From Eledone cirrhosa (Eukaryota): a DNA stretch of 64,000 nucleotides. The position numbers and the translations under genes were made by a program. The notes under the pieces were generated by a model. The model saw only the letters and a program-made list of their open reading frames with translations, was not told the DNA's origin and made no database searches. Shown here in pieces: positions 25,353-37,372 of the stretch (the stretch's first letter is position 1; every line of letters begins with the position of its first letter). The stretch covers positions 182,652,001 to 182,716,000 of the forward strand of contig OZ024740.1 of assembly GCA_964016885.1 (NCBI GenBank). The letters are read 5' to 3'.

Positions 25353-25740
25353 TATACCTTCCTGTCAGATGATTGAACGTCTGAAAGTATATACTTTCCT
25401 TATGCATATTAACGGCTGAGCAGCCCAATTTCAATATCAAGTGAGTTAATCGGCTGGGGTGCCGAAAACGATAAACAAAAAATGAAACGAAATTTCATTT
25501 CATATATATAGATACTACTGTACGTCTGTATACATATATGTATGTACGTATACATACTTATATTTAAGTAACAGCCGTACTAAGAGTGAGAAATGAAATT
25601 TCGTTTCCTTTTTTCTGTTTATCGTTTTCGGTACCCCGGCCGATTACCTCACTCGATATGCAAATTGGGCTGCTCAGCCGTTAATATGAATAAGGAAAGT
25701 ATATACTTTCAGACGTTCAATCATCTGGCAGGAAGGTATA

Positions 25741-25781
25741 CGTTGCTGACGATAGCTAATAAGCTTGAAACTAGTACAGCG
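25741..25781 (+). ncRNA. Type I hammerhead ribozyme (minimal)
   Basis: cgttg CTGACGA t-agct-aata-agct-t GAAAC ta GTA cagcg; palindromic stem III ACUAGU. Confidence 0.88.
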
Positions 25782-26009
25782 TTCCTTTGTCAGTGTTGAA
25801 CAAACGAGCAACGATGGTTGCTAGACATTGTACGGCTTAATTCGGTATGTTTGTTTACAAACATACCGAGCATTATAATAAATGTTCGGTGAATCCATAC
25901 GTACATATATATATGTGTGCATGTATGTATATATATATGCATACTACTGTACGTCTGTATACACATATGTATGTACGTATACATACTTATATGTATGTAC
26001 GTATACATA

Positions 26010-26084
<75 letters not shown>

Positions 26085-26483
26085 GTATGCATGTATACAC
26101 ACACACACATATAACAACACTTACTTTTCTCATTTGTAAACTACAAACTACAATGTTCTTTTTTTAATGACATTGCTGGATATCTGCAAGTCATAAGATC
26201 CATCCAGTTAAAGAGACCAGCTTTAGAAATATTTGAGAACTAACAGCTAATTCATATAAATACACAAATATTATCACCTATTTCATTATTGATGAACTGT
26301 TCTTTGAACTATAGCTGGGGGATTATTTGAATTAATAAGTAGCATTAAAGGAATATTTGCGGACACTGCTACCACAACCTTCCTGTAATGAGTGGACATT
26401 TTAAGCAACTTATTATCTCATCATTGTATGACTCATTCTATTTCTCTCTAGAAGAAGAAGAAGAAGAAGAAGAAGAAGAAGAA

Positions 26484-28418
26484 TGATTTCATTTATTAGC
26501 CAGAAGGGCCGACATGTAGGGGACAATACAAAGACAGGGACAGTGGGGGTTTACAATAAGGTCGAGTAAAAGTGCACAATGGCAAGACTAATTTAACAAT
26601 GAAAATATAAAAATATAAAATAAACTATGCATAAATATAACAAAATAAATTCCCCGATAGGGGATGGACGACCCTGGGGTGACTCGGGTACCCCAAATCC
26701 TGAACCACCCTGCGTTTCTAGGGCACCCAGGGAGAGCACTGCACTCCTCAAGTTACCTAGCCTATAGGCGCATGGTCAGAGTAGGCCCATTCACACGAGC
26801 CATTCTCGCCACATTCACCCACCTTTTAGCAAATGTACTGAGGGGCAGCACTTCTCTCTCCACCCTCACCTTCCTTTCCAGGTGAAACTTGATGAAGTTG
26901 ATGAGGGATTGGCCGAAGAGAAAAGTGTCTGTCTTTAGTCCTTTCAACCTGGTCCACCATATAATCTCTTTCGCAACTGCCACCAGACAGAGGAAAATTT
27001 CCTGCTCTTCCTGACCTAAGGAAGGCGGTGGATCGATCTTCACTATGGACTCGGCCGATAGCCGGATTCGTTCCACACGCGACAGTAGCTGTTCGACATA
27101 ACTCCACAAGTCAGTAATGCACGGACATTGGACAAGTGCGTGCAGAACGGTTTCGTCGTTCTGTGCGCATCTTGGGCAGGTCCGTCTGACAGCACTTCCG
27201 TGCCTGTAGAGTTTATCCTGAACCGGCAGTGCCTCCCGGTAGCACTGCCAAGCGAGGGATTTCTGGAAATTGTCCATCGTCCCCGGCTCAAAAGTCCTCC
27301 GGTACAGACTGGTCAGTTCGACTTCGTCGAGGCCCAAAGCTTCTCCGAGTGCGTCATCGCACTTGCCCACCACTAATCCTCTATAGAACTCGAGAGTAGA
27401 AGTTCCACTGATCGCATTGCCCGCTTGGTAGAGGGCAGCGAGTGCCTGGCAACATTCCAGGTGCCAGTCACCCTGTCTCGGTCTGTTCTTGACCCAGGAC
27501 TGCAGCTCAGTCAAAGAAATGAGCTGCGGAAAGGCCCGTCTGATAAACGGCGACCACACCTCTTCACCATTGAGGCAGAATATCTGGAGATGTCGCAGCC
27601 TCAACGCATGTCCGCGCATCATTAGCCACGGCATGCCCAGCCCTCCGCGTAGAGGGTGCTGGCAGCAGATGGACCGCCTCACCAACGGAACTTGTCCCCT
27701 CCACAAGCATTTGAAGAGGAGCCGTTCCAACTTGACGAGGCGCGGACGGGGGCAAGGCACGACGGTCAGGCGGTAGTAGATGATGGATGCGATGTATGCA
27801 TTCGCCACCTCCGCGCGACCGTTCAGTGATATCTTCCTCCCAACCCATTTTTGGGTGAGACTGGCTACTCTGCTCGTTACATCGTCCCAATTTTTTCCAC
27901 CTGGAGGTCTGGTCCGAACCAAACCCCGAGCAACTTTACCGGTCCGTCCGTCCAGCGCCCCACGACGCTGTTGGACGGCATGGGCTTGCTTCTCCAGGTT
28001 CCGAGCTGCAAGCCCACCGACTTTTCCGGGTTAAGTTTGGCTCCTGTCAACCTTTCATATTCCTTCAATAAGGTGCCGACCACCTCGATTTCTGAGGTGT
28101 TCGACACCATCACGGTTATGTCGTCCGCATAAGCCGACACCGCCTTTCCACGTCCCGGTTAGAGCGGGATGCCCTGCAACAGCTCCAGCTTCCGCAGTAA
28201 AGGCTCAAGAGTCAATACGTACAGAAGGGAAGAGAGAGGGCACCCTTGACGGACCGAACGGGAGAGCCGAAATGGTTCTGAGAGGTGGTCATTAACCTTG
28301 ACCACCGAGCGTGTGCCGCTGTGCATTGCAACGCTCCAGCTTCTAAAGACAGGGCCGAAGCCAGTTGCTTTGAGGACAAACTCCAGATACCGATGGTCGA
28401 CCCTATCGAATGCTTTCG
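26484..28418 (-). mobile_element. Tx1/L1-like LINE, 5'-truncated and frameshifted
   Basis: KAFDRVDH, VRQGCPLS, YADDITV, ISLNGRAEVAN and CPRC..DETVLHALVQC; GC-rich relative to flanks; 3' end abuts a (GAA)n tract at 26449-26483. Confidence 0.88.
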
Positions 28419-28422
28419 ATTG

Positions 28423-29820
28423 ATAATAATAATAATAACGCTTGCCATACCAGCCATACACACTTGCCATACCAGTAGTAACCTACAGTTACAATGTCAT
28501 CAACTGGTCAAGCACAGAGATCCGTAGGCTCGATACAAAAATTAGAAGTGCTTAACCATGCACAGAATGCATCACCCTAAGGCAGATACAGATAGAATAT
28601 ATCTCCCTAGGAAAGAAGGACGACGTGGGTTAATCCAGTTAGTCATTGCGTTGAAAACTGCAACAATTGGATTATCTACATATCTAAGGGAATCACATGA
28701 TTGGATGATCAAACTCGTTTTGAAACACGAAAGCATCAAAAGATCATACTCCATTACAAAAGATGCACAAAGATACAGTAATTGGCTACAAATTTCAGAA
28801 GTCCCATTTACTGCTGAAATGGAAAACACAGAAAAAGCAAAGCAGGTAAAAGTAACTGCAAAGAAAGAACTGCTACAGAAACTGGCTAAGAAATGGCAAG
28901 AAAAGCCTCTGTATGGAAAATACCCAGAACGAGCTAACAATCCTGATGTTGACAAAACTTTAACCCATCAGTGGTTGGCATCCTCTGGACTGAAATCGGA
29001 GACTGAAGGACTGATTATATCAACACAAGATCAGTGTCTGCCAACAAAAAAATACCAATCCAACATAATAAAAGATGGATGCAGCCCATTATGCCGTGTA
29101 TGTAAAAAACAACCAGAGACCATTGACCATATAATTTCAATGTGCAGTCTTATAGCTCCAACCGAATACCTAAACAGGCATGACAGAGCTGCACAATACA
29201 TACATTGGATAATGTGTAAGCATTTTGACCTGCCCCATCAAAAGAATTGGTGGGAGCATCAACCACCTCCCATACTTGAAAAATATCACATCTCAATCTT
29301 GTGGAACTTTAGCATCCAAACAGACCGAAAAATAGATGCAAATAGATCTTATATAATATTGAAGGACTTTAAAAAGAGGGTATGCCTGCTAATTGATATG
29401 TCCGTTCCAATAGACAAGAATGTATCTATAAAAACATTTGAAAAATTGAGCAAGTATAAGGACCTGGAGATAGAAATTGGAAAAATGTGGAAATTGAGAA
29501 CTAAAACAATACCAGCGGTTGTAGGCGCTCTAGGAATGATACCTAAGGGTCTAATGATTACTTATCGCAAATCTCAGGAAACCCGCATATAGGAGAAATA
29601 CAAAAGATAGTACTAATGGGAACTGCCCATATACTAAGGAAGATTCTGTCAATAAAAGTACATCACAAGTCTAAACACCTAAAGATGCATGTGTGCGTAT
29701 GTATGTTCTTTCTTGAACATGGCGGACCTTGTTGTCTCTTGAGGTCACTGGTTGTGACTTGGTGATAACACATATGAACATAAAGCAAGATAAATGCAGC
29801 TGTAATAATAATAATAATAA
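28423..29820 (+). mobile_element. R4/Dong-like LINE, 5'-truncated, bounded by (TAA)n
   Basis: ORF 28558-29592: RIYLPRKEGRRGL, CRVCKKQPETIDHIISMC, RHD, EKLSKYKDL, VVGALG; TAA repeats at both ends. Confidence 0.88.
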
Positions 29821-30059
29821 AGCCAAAGATGGACTTGTTTCATATGCAATAAATAGCAAACATTTCTTTCAAGTTACATTTTACCATCTTAAAGAAAACA
29901 TTTCACTAGTCCCTGATATACAAAAAGCTGAGATGATCATGGTTGAAACATGTTCTCTATCAGGGTTAACCTAGGGTCAAACAACATCTTTAGATATTGT
30001 TTAATTTATGTACCCAGACACAGATAATACTTCATCAATAAAGATACTTGAATTGTCAA

Positions 30060-30466
30060 TAATGACGGCTGGAGAGAAATAAAGCAAGTATGCTCCGTTA
30101 GATGTGCAATATCAATGTGCATGAGTGACCAAGCATGGACGAGTTGAGAAAGAAACTGGGTATAAGAGGGATAAGTTGTGGTGTGCAGGAGAGAAGGCTG
30201 AGATGGTATGGACATGTGATGTGCATAGAGGATGACCGCTGGGTAAAGAAGTGTCAAGAAATCCCAGTAGAAGGAAGACGCAGTAGAAGTAGACCACGTA
30301 AAACATGGGCGGAGGTGGTGAAAGCAGACCTCATATTGCTGAAACTCACCGAGGAGATGACGAAGGACCATGACAAGTGGAGAGATGCTGTGTTCAATAG
30401 GACCTGTCCAACCCTTGCAAGCAGGGAAAAGCAGACGTAAAATGATGATGATGATGAGGATGATGA
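30060..30466 (+). mobile_element. RTE LINE 3' fragment
   Basis: RRLRWYGHVM, GRRSRSRPRKTWAEVVKADL; (ATG)n tail. Confidence 0.88.
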
Positions 30467-30552
30467 TAGGCAGGAACATTATAAATAGAGAATTCATCAT
30501 CTGATTTAGGCACATGTTAAGACATTTTTTGGGGAATAGAAAGTTAATCAAA

Positions 30553-30713
30553 TCGACCCCAGTGCGTTACTGGAGCTTTATTTTATCGACCCCATAAGGA
30601 TGAAAGTAAAAGCTAACCTCAGCAGTATTTGAAGTCAGATGTAAAAGGGTCTAGTAACACCATGATGTGAAGCATGGTGTCCAACACTCTACCAATACTG
30701 CTAACCTCCACCC
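30553..30713 (-). mobile_element. tRNA-derived SINE family A (diverged)
   Basis: ttttatcgaccccataaggatgaaag block and head remnants. Confidence 0.75.
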
Positions 30714-31301
30714 TGAAAATGATTTTTTTTTAAAAATCAAACAAGGTGTATAATCAAGGTATGTAAAGCTAATTGATCAATTTTTTTTATAACAAAAATG
30801 GATTAAGAAATCTAATCAAATAGAAGAGATATTCTTTGAGGAGTTACATGCACTATAAATTTAGAAATGTAGTTAAACTTGATAATATGATCAGAAATAC
30901 AATGGAAATTAAAAGAAATAAGGATTTATTTATATATATATATATATATTTAATGCTTATATCTTTTCTCCACACACAGACTATAACAATCATATAAAGA
31001 ATTTCCCACCAGATCAACCAACCTAACACTCTTCTTTACCTACCTAAGTGCTCCTACCACACATATATCTCTCTGCTACACTATATAAACAAGACGCACG
31101 TGCTTGCCACACATATAACATTTGCACTATATAACCGCTTATCTTCATGTTGTATTTTAACCTGTATTTTTGATTTTTTATTGTACCTTTTATTATGAAT
31201 GTAATCTCGAAGTGTGTACTGCCACTCTAAATGCTGTAATGAATGTTGACCCACAATATTTGCATATGTATCGGTATGTCTCTGTCCAATCATTAATAAA
31301 T

Positions 31302-31348
31302 TGCTCCGAAGAATCCAAACCTCGGTTTGGAGGAAACAGCTGTAAGCA
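31302..31348 (+). ncRNA. Type I hammerhead ribozyme with CCGAAGA core, in a TA-flanked element (about 30950-31556)
   Basis: tgct CCGAAGA a-tccaaacc-tc-ggtttgga-g GAAAC agct GTA agca. Confidence 0.75.
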
Positions 31349-31552
31349 CAATAATGTTTTGAACAGTTCTTTGATTCTTATATTTCATATAACTGCTCTG
31401 TAAATCATCTCATGTTTTTACATTGAGCTACTTAACTTACTGGTAATAAGCTAGTAATACATTACTGCCTACCACTATTTAGGGTTTGTATAAAAAATAC
31501 ATATAACTGCTAAAGGTTTTTGTATTTTCATAACCATAAATAGTACAATTAA

Positions 31553-31630
<78 letters not shown>

Positions 31631-31634
<4 letters not shown>

Positions 31635-33010
31635 TTATTAAAATAACAGATTAAAGTTTAAGCAAAGAATCGCTGCTTTCACCCTTAACGGGATCTTCTG
31701 AAACTAACAAAGTCAATCTGTAAACGCAGAACTGGATATTTCAAAAAACGTTGCAACCGGAGGAAGACAGGAAGACGATACTTTGGTTTGTGGTAACGTT
31801 CGCTGGCAAAGAACGGGAAAAAACGAATAATACGTCATTAATAGGAGCGGTGAAAAACAATTACGCGCAAAGACAAAACCACGTTTATGGTATAAAAGAG
31901 GTCGTAGACTAATGTTCTCTTAGGTGGTGCATAGAGACGTTCTCTGGCAATGAGCGAAAAAACGAAGATAATAAGTCATATGTGGAGCGTGGAGAACAAT
32001 AGCACGCAAAGACAAAACCACGTAAATGGTATAGCAGAAATCGTAGACTAAAATTCTAACTAGGAGACCAAATGAATCTCCGCTACAGAGTTAAGAACAA
32101 AGTAAATAAATACAATACAGAAGTAATAGAAACATACACGCAAACAGATACGTACATACACAAGCATACGCAACACCTTACCATGGGTATACAAAACCAC
32201 GCACATATAAATATGTGTGTGTGTGTATGGTTGTGTACGAATAAATAAATAATTATATAAACGTATATAAGTAAATAAATACGTATATAACAAGCGCACA
32301 CGCATACCTACATATAAATACACGAATGTTCGGAGACGTAAGTCAACTAAAACAAGAAGTACACATATACACACACCCACCATACGTACGAATCTGCACA
32401 CTCACGCGGACGCAAAACTCCCGTATACACATAGCCAAACCCTAAATACCAAAATATGTAAAAATTATACGCTATAACAGTCAAATATACGTACGAGAAG
32501 GTATACATACCTTCACAAAACATACGGGTAATATATACTTACCTATGCAAATAAGTAAAGGAATAAACAAAACATATACTTAGCTCCCACATCAAGACGT
32601 AAAATATCCACGTATAGATCGTGCTATCCGTTAGGGTATAACGTGGGGCTGTAATACAGGAAAGTTTTGTGCAATTTATGTTTACAAGCCGAAATTGCCT
32701 CAGATTTTTTGTTTAAGATGTGGTCTGTAGCGTAGAGTATTTCCAGGGCCTCAGCGGCGCAGAGGTCACATGGTCTTTTATTTCCGTTATACGATCTAGC
32801 CCTAGCTAGGATCTCCCAGTGTAAGTTATATTGGGTGTGGTTGTCTTTTAGACTCCAGATATAAGCTGAAAGTGACGTCATATTCCTTCTTAGAGGGTAA
32901 CGAAAAGAATGGGTATGCATGTAAAGACGCTGCTTGAAACTATTGGCGGTTAACCCTATGTAGGCCCTACGGGACGTGGGTGTTACAACCTTACATTTGT
33001 AGACAATTAT
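31631..33010 (-). mobile_element. Penelope-like element 3' part (GIY-YIG domain, 3' UTR and pseudo-LTR)
   Basis: IVYKCKV..AYIGLTANSFKQRLYMH..SLSAYIWSLKD..CDLCAAEA..LNKKSE..CKHK (32624-33010); ends at a TA tract. Confidence 0.88.
31655..31705 (-). ncRNA. Hammerhead-like motif with CAGAAGA core
   Basis: Minus strand reads agttt CAGAAGA t-ccc-gttaa-ggg-t GAAA gca-gcgattctt-tgc TT aaact. Confidence 0.55.
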
Positions 33011-33029
33011 ACACATGAATATCTGAGTG

Positions 33030-33082
33030 AACGGTGAGACACACACATATATGTGTGTACGTGTGGGTATATATGTATATGG

Positions 33083-33114
<32 letters not shown>

Positions 33115-33970
33115 ATATACATGTATGGATGTATGTATGTTTGTATGTGTGTGTGTATATATATATATATACACACACACATACAAACATACATATATAT
33201 ATATATATACGAACGCCTCCGTATGTGCGCGTGCGTGTGTATATATATGTGTATATGTGTGTGTTTTTATATCTGTGTTTTTACATTCTTATTTTTATGT
33301 GTGCGCATGTAAGCGGGTCAACGTGCGGGAGTGTATGTATGTGTGTGTGTATGTGTGTGTGTACGTACTGAATGTATGGATGTGTAAGTGTGCGTATGTA
33401 TATATTTATGTGTGTGTATATGTGTGTGAGTATACAGTCGCGTACGCACGCGTGATTAGATATACATGGGGCGAGGTGTATGTATGTATATGTGTGCATC
33501 CTGTGTGTGTATGTATACTTACCTACGCTTTTGTCTGCACGTTTTGCGTGTATATATATATATATATTTTTTTTATAGATATACGTTTCTTGTAGATATA
33601 TGTGTGTATGTACGCGTGTACCTTGTTTGTTTTCTTTACTTTGCAATTTTCTTTCTAGATTATTTTTCCATTTTTATAAATATATCGAGAATGATACTTT
33701 CTTTTTACTATTACACTCCCTTACCTCTTTTTCTTCCGCATATAAGTGTACGCGCGTGTGTGTGTGTTTATACGCGTGCCTTCATATTCTTATAATGTAT
33801 CTAATACCCTGTTTTTCTGTGTATCTGTCAACCAGACATTCATGTCTGTGTCCGTAGATACTTACCCTCATATATATATTTACGCACACGTTTTCACTAT
33901 ACACAGACATTTGTACATACATACATATGTACATCAGTGAGTGTATATACATACATATACACATACCTAA
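33030..33970. repeat. Degenerate (TG/TA)n microsatellite-rich tract
   Basis: Seen directly. Confidence 0.85.
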
Positions 33971-34919
33971 CTATATTTCTTAAACATTTTTTTATATGTT
34001 TTATATGTCTATCGTATTACCTTCACCTATATTTACATAATTATTTTGGCATTTCTTGAGGAGACTTTCCAAATATTTAGCTATGTTTTATATTGCCTCG
34101 TCCAACGAACGAATGAAGACGTTTCTTTCGTATTCGCCTTATTCGGGAAACCTCTGGTAATGAGGTAATTATATTGTATTGTTGTTTTTTATACAATATA
34201 TATATATATATATATTATAAGAGCTGAATTACCCATGCCTTACTGCGTTTCACACATCACTAATCAAAAGCTGTTGTCTTTCTTCTTCAGAGTCATTTCT
34301 TCTTGCAAGTATATGGTGAAATCTATTTTGTCCCTGTCTTTCTTGATGCACACCTAAGGTTTCATTTTGCTGAGACTCTGTTTGCCTCTGTCTTTGGCTA
34401 GAAAGTCGTTCTTCCCTGCATCACAGCTTTCAGATTGATGATGAAGCCTCATCCTTTTTGCATCTGGATTATTCGCATGACTGGACTTTCTTTTCCGTAG
34501 CATAAAGGATGTCGGAAAGAAATGTCTAAATTAGCCAAATTTTACTATAAAAGAGAGGTGCTTTTTTTGTTGATTTACGTTTAATTAATAGAAAAGCCCT
34601 GTGATAATAGAGGTTCAAATACTCAAGTTGTGGGCTTCCAAAATTTTCACTATAGGGGGTTTAATATTATTGAAATTTGCTGAAATTTTGTGAATAGGCA
34701 TCATATCTTGTCATTTACCTATGGTTTAAATTTCATATAAATCGAAGGGAAAACATTTCAGCGGGGGTTTGTGCCCCCGGGGAACCCTTTGATGAAAATG
34801 AAATATACTTATCCAAGTAACCTGGGCAATTTAGTTTCAGAATATATGTGGTTATGGGGGTTTATCTCCAAAACCATAGGAGGAGTTTGTGAACAAACAA
34901 ACAAACAGAACTACAACTT

Positions 34920-34969
<50 letters not shown>

Positions 34970-35004
34970 TATACATATATATATACATCTATCTATATAT
35001 CTAA

Positions 35005-35432
35005 GGCGGGTAAAATTCCCGAGATCCATGGACGAGTTCTCTCCAGCGGTCTCTGTCCCTCATTATCGCTGCCATGTCCTGCGTCTCCAACAGTATCTGT
35101 CCTTAGGGCATCAACATACGTTAACCTTCATTGTTGTAGTGGAGTCTGTGCTGCTGTACGGGTCTGAGACTTGGGCACTGACCAAGAAACTCACTCATAT
35201 TTTGGATGGGTGCTACACGAGAATGCTAAGGATGGCTCTGAACATTAATCAGTATACACTGAGGATGACAAACTCAGAGCTGTATGGGAGCCTCCCAAAA
35301 ATCAGCTCAAAAGTGACACAGAGGAGACTGAGGTTAGCTGGACATGCTCACCGACATCCAGAGTTGACATTGCACTCAGTGCTCCTGTGGGAGCCCCAAC
35401 ATGGGCACACTAGAAGAGCAAGACCAAGGTTA
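35005..35432 (+). mobile_element. RTE-like LINE internal fragment
   Basis: VESVLLYGSETWALT, DGCYTRMLR, RRLRLAGH, RRARPRLTY. Confidence 0.8.
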
Positions 35433-35434
35433 AC

Positions 35435-35467
<33 letters not shown>

Positions 35468-35738
35468 GATATATATTGCTTGATGGTATGGGTGCAGAAA
35501 TACATACATACATAAACACACACACACACACATTCACATTAGGGCTACGAACACCTAATCGATATATTCATGTGTCAACCTTATATAACTATGTTTTAAG
35601 TCTGGATGAGAAATTTATTAAATTTTCACACCATTGAGTATTTATGACTAATTCAAATAATTTTAATGGTATCTATCCTAATGTAGTTTCAGCTTAAATG
35701 TATACTTAATGTATACTTAATATAATGCAATATAATAT

Positions 35739-36083
35739 GGAGGCACATGGCTTAGTGGTTAGAGCATTGGCCTTGCAATCGAAAGGTTGTGAGTTCAATT
35801 CTCAGACCGGGTGATGTGTTGTGTCCTTGAGCAAGACACTTTATTTCACATTGTTCCAGTTTACTCAGCTGTAGAAATGAGATGATAGGGACTGGGGTCC
35901 ATATCATTCCACTGCAAAGTGGTCTTGGAGGCCCACACTGTAAAATGGACGTGTAGGTGCCACGGCAAAAAAGCACCAGCGGTTGGTGTTAGGAAGGGCA
36001 TCCAGCTGTAGAAATCAAGCCAGAATCAATTCCCGTCCCACCCTTGCAAGCAGAGAAAAGCGGACGTAAAATGATGATGATGA
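35739..36083 (+). mobile_element. tRNA-derived CORE-like SINE family B, full length
   Basis: A box TGGCTTAGTGG, B box GTTCAATTC, gtgtccttgagcaagacacttt, 3' tail cccttgcaagcag.gaaaagc.gacgtaaaatgatgatg shared with the RTE LINE. Confidence 0.9.
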
Positions 36084-36641
36084 TAATATATATACAAATG
36101 ATAGGCTTCCTCATACTTGCCATCTTACCAAATTCACTCAAGGTATTCAATCTAAAATAGTAGAAGACATTTGCCACAATAAACCTTATTCTGAAACCAC
36201 ATGACTGAGATGTGAATTTTTCCACCATGTACATACAAACAGCTGAAAAGAACCAACAGAGAACCACTTCAGATAGAGCTGGTACTTACCCAAATTGAGA
36301 GAACACAGATCCAATATGATGGATATCTGGTTAGAATATCTAAGTAAAGAATCACTGGACAAATTTTACAAGCAAAACCAACCAGCAGGAGACCCAGGGG
36401 TAGAACCTGAGCAAGATGGTTGGAGAACATCTATGAGCATGACTGGTCTCACTTGGGGATCTAGCTGGATCAATTGGAGATGGTTTCTTCTGAGAAGGAC
36501 CTGCTGGAAGAGTTTTGAGGTCTCTGCCACTACAGCCCACCCAGGAATAATTGGTGAAAGAAGACAAACATACTTACACGCACATCTGATTTTGTAGACA
36601 GGAGGAACATTTATTTGATGCATATAGTAGAGTATTTATGA

Positions 36642-36792
36642 CCATGCTTTCCAGCATAGTTACGTCCCTTTACGGTCTGAGTTCAAATCCTGCCGAGGTT
36701 TACTTTGCCTTTCATCCTTATGGGGTTGATAAAATAAAGTACCAGTAATACACTGGGTATTTGCTGGCCTTGTGCCTAAAGTAGAAACAATT
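36642..36792 (+). mobile_element. tRNA-derived SINE family A, 5'-truncated
   Basis: Collinear with other copies. Confidence 0.88.
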
Positions 36793-37341
36793 ATATATAA
36801 TACTTAGTGAAAATACAATGTCTGTGATGCCAATGTACTGGAATACCTTGTCACAGTTCAGATCTTACTATCATTGCAGCCTACCTGTAGACAAGACACC
36901 TAATTTAACAAGTAAGTAATTGACAGTAGCAAAAGCATTCGCCTGTAAAAGACAAACAATCAATTCACTCAGCAAGCAATTCCACTTATAAATGTACTCA
37001 GCTTGTTAGAAATGCAGATTCAATCTAGTAAATTCACTCATGTGGTATTTGTCAGCCAATGGCTGTAGAAGATAATTGCCTAAGGTATTGTGCAGTTTGA
37101 TAGAACCCTAATCCTTGAGGTTATGAAATTAATTTCTTAACAATGCAAGCATTCCTCAGGTTGTGTGTGAAAAATGAACAAGGACAGCATAAATACTTTG
37201 TTGCCTTGAAGACATGGTGAATGGAGAATGTAGATCAGACACTGTGACAGTAGCTATGGCAAGATTTAGACCTTGTGGAGCTTGAGGCAGTTCAGTTTTG
37301 GTGGGCCCATAATACACGCACACACACACACACACGTACAT

Positions 37342-37372
<31 letters not shown>

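Larger units (their letters stand above)
25042..26012. mobile_element. Inverted pair of about 430-bp retrozyme-like units, each longer than one unit and differently permuted
   Basis: Left arm 25042-25501 has a terminal repeat (aaaaaatgaaac...tttcatttc at about 25048 and 25476); right arm 25512-26012 is the opposite strand with a repeat at 25512 and 25941. Confidence 0.8.

Noticed and set aside
25360-25402. Second hammerhead on the opposite strand (CAGATGA...GAAA gtatatac TT)
   Set aside because: Stem III is palindromic but stems I and II do not pair
34200-34836. Possible + strand Helitron-like element
   Set aside because: The 3' hairpin and CTAG end are too degenerate to support a call
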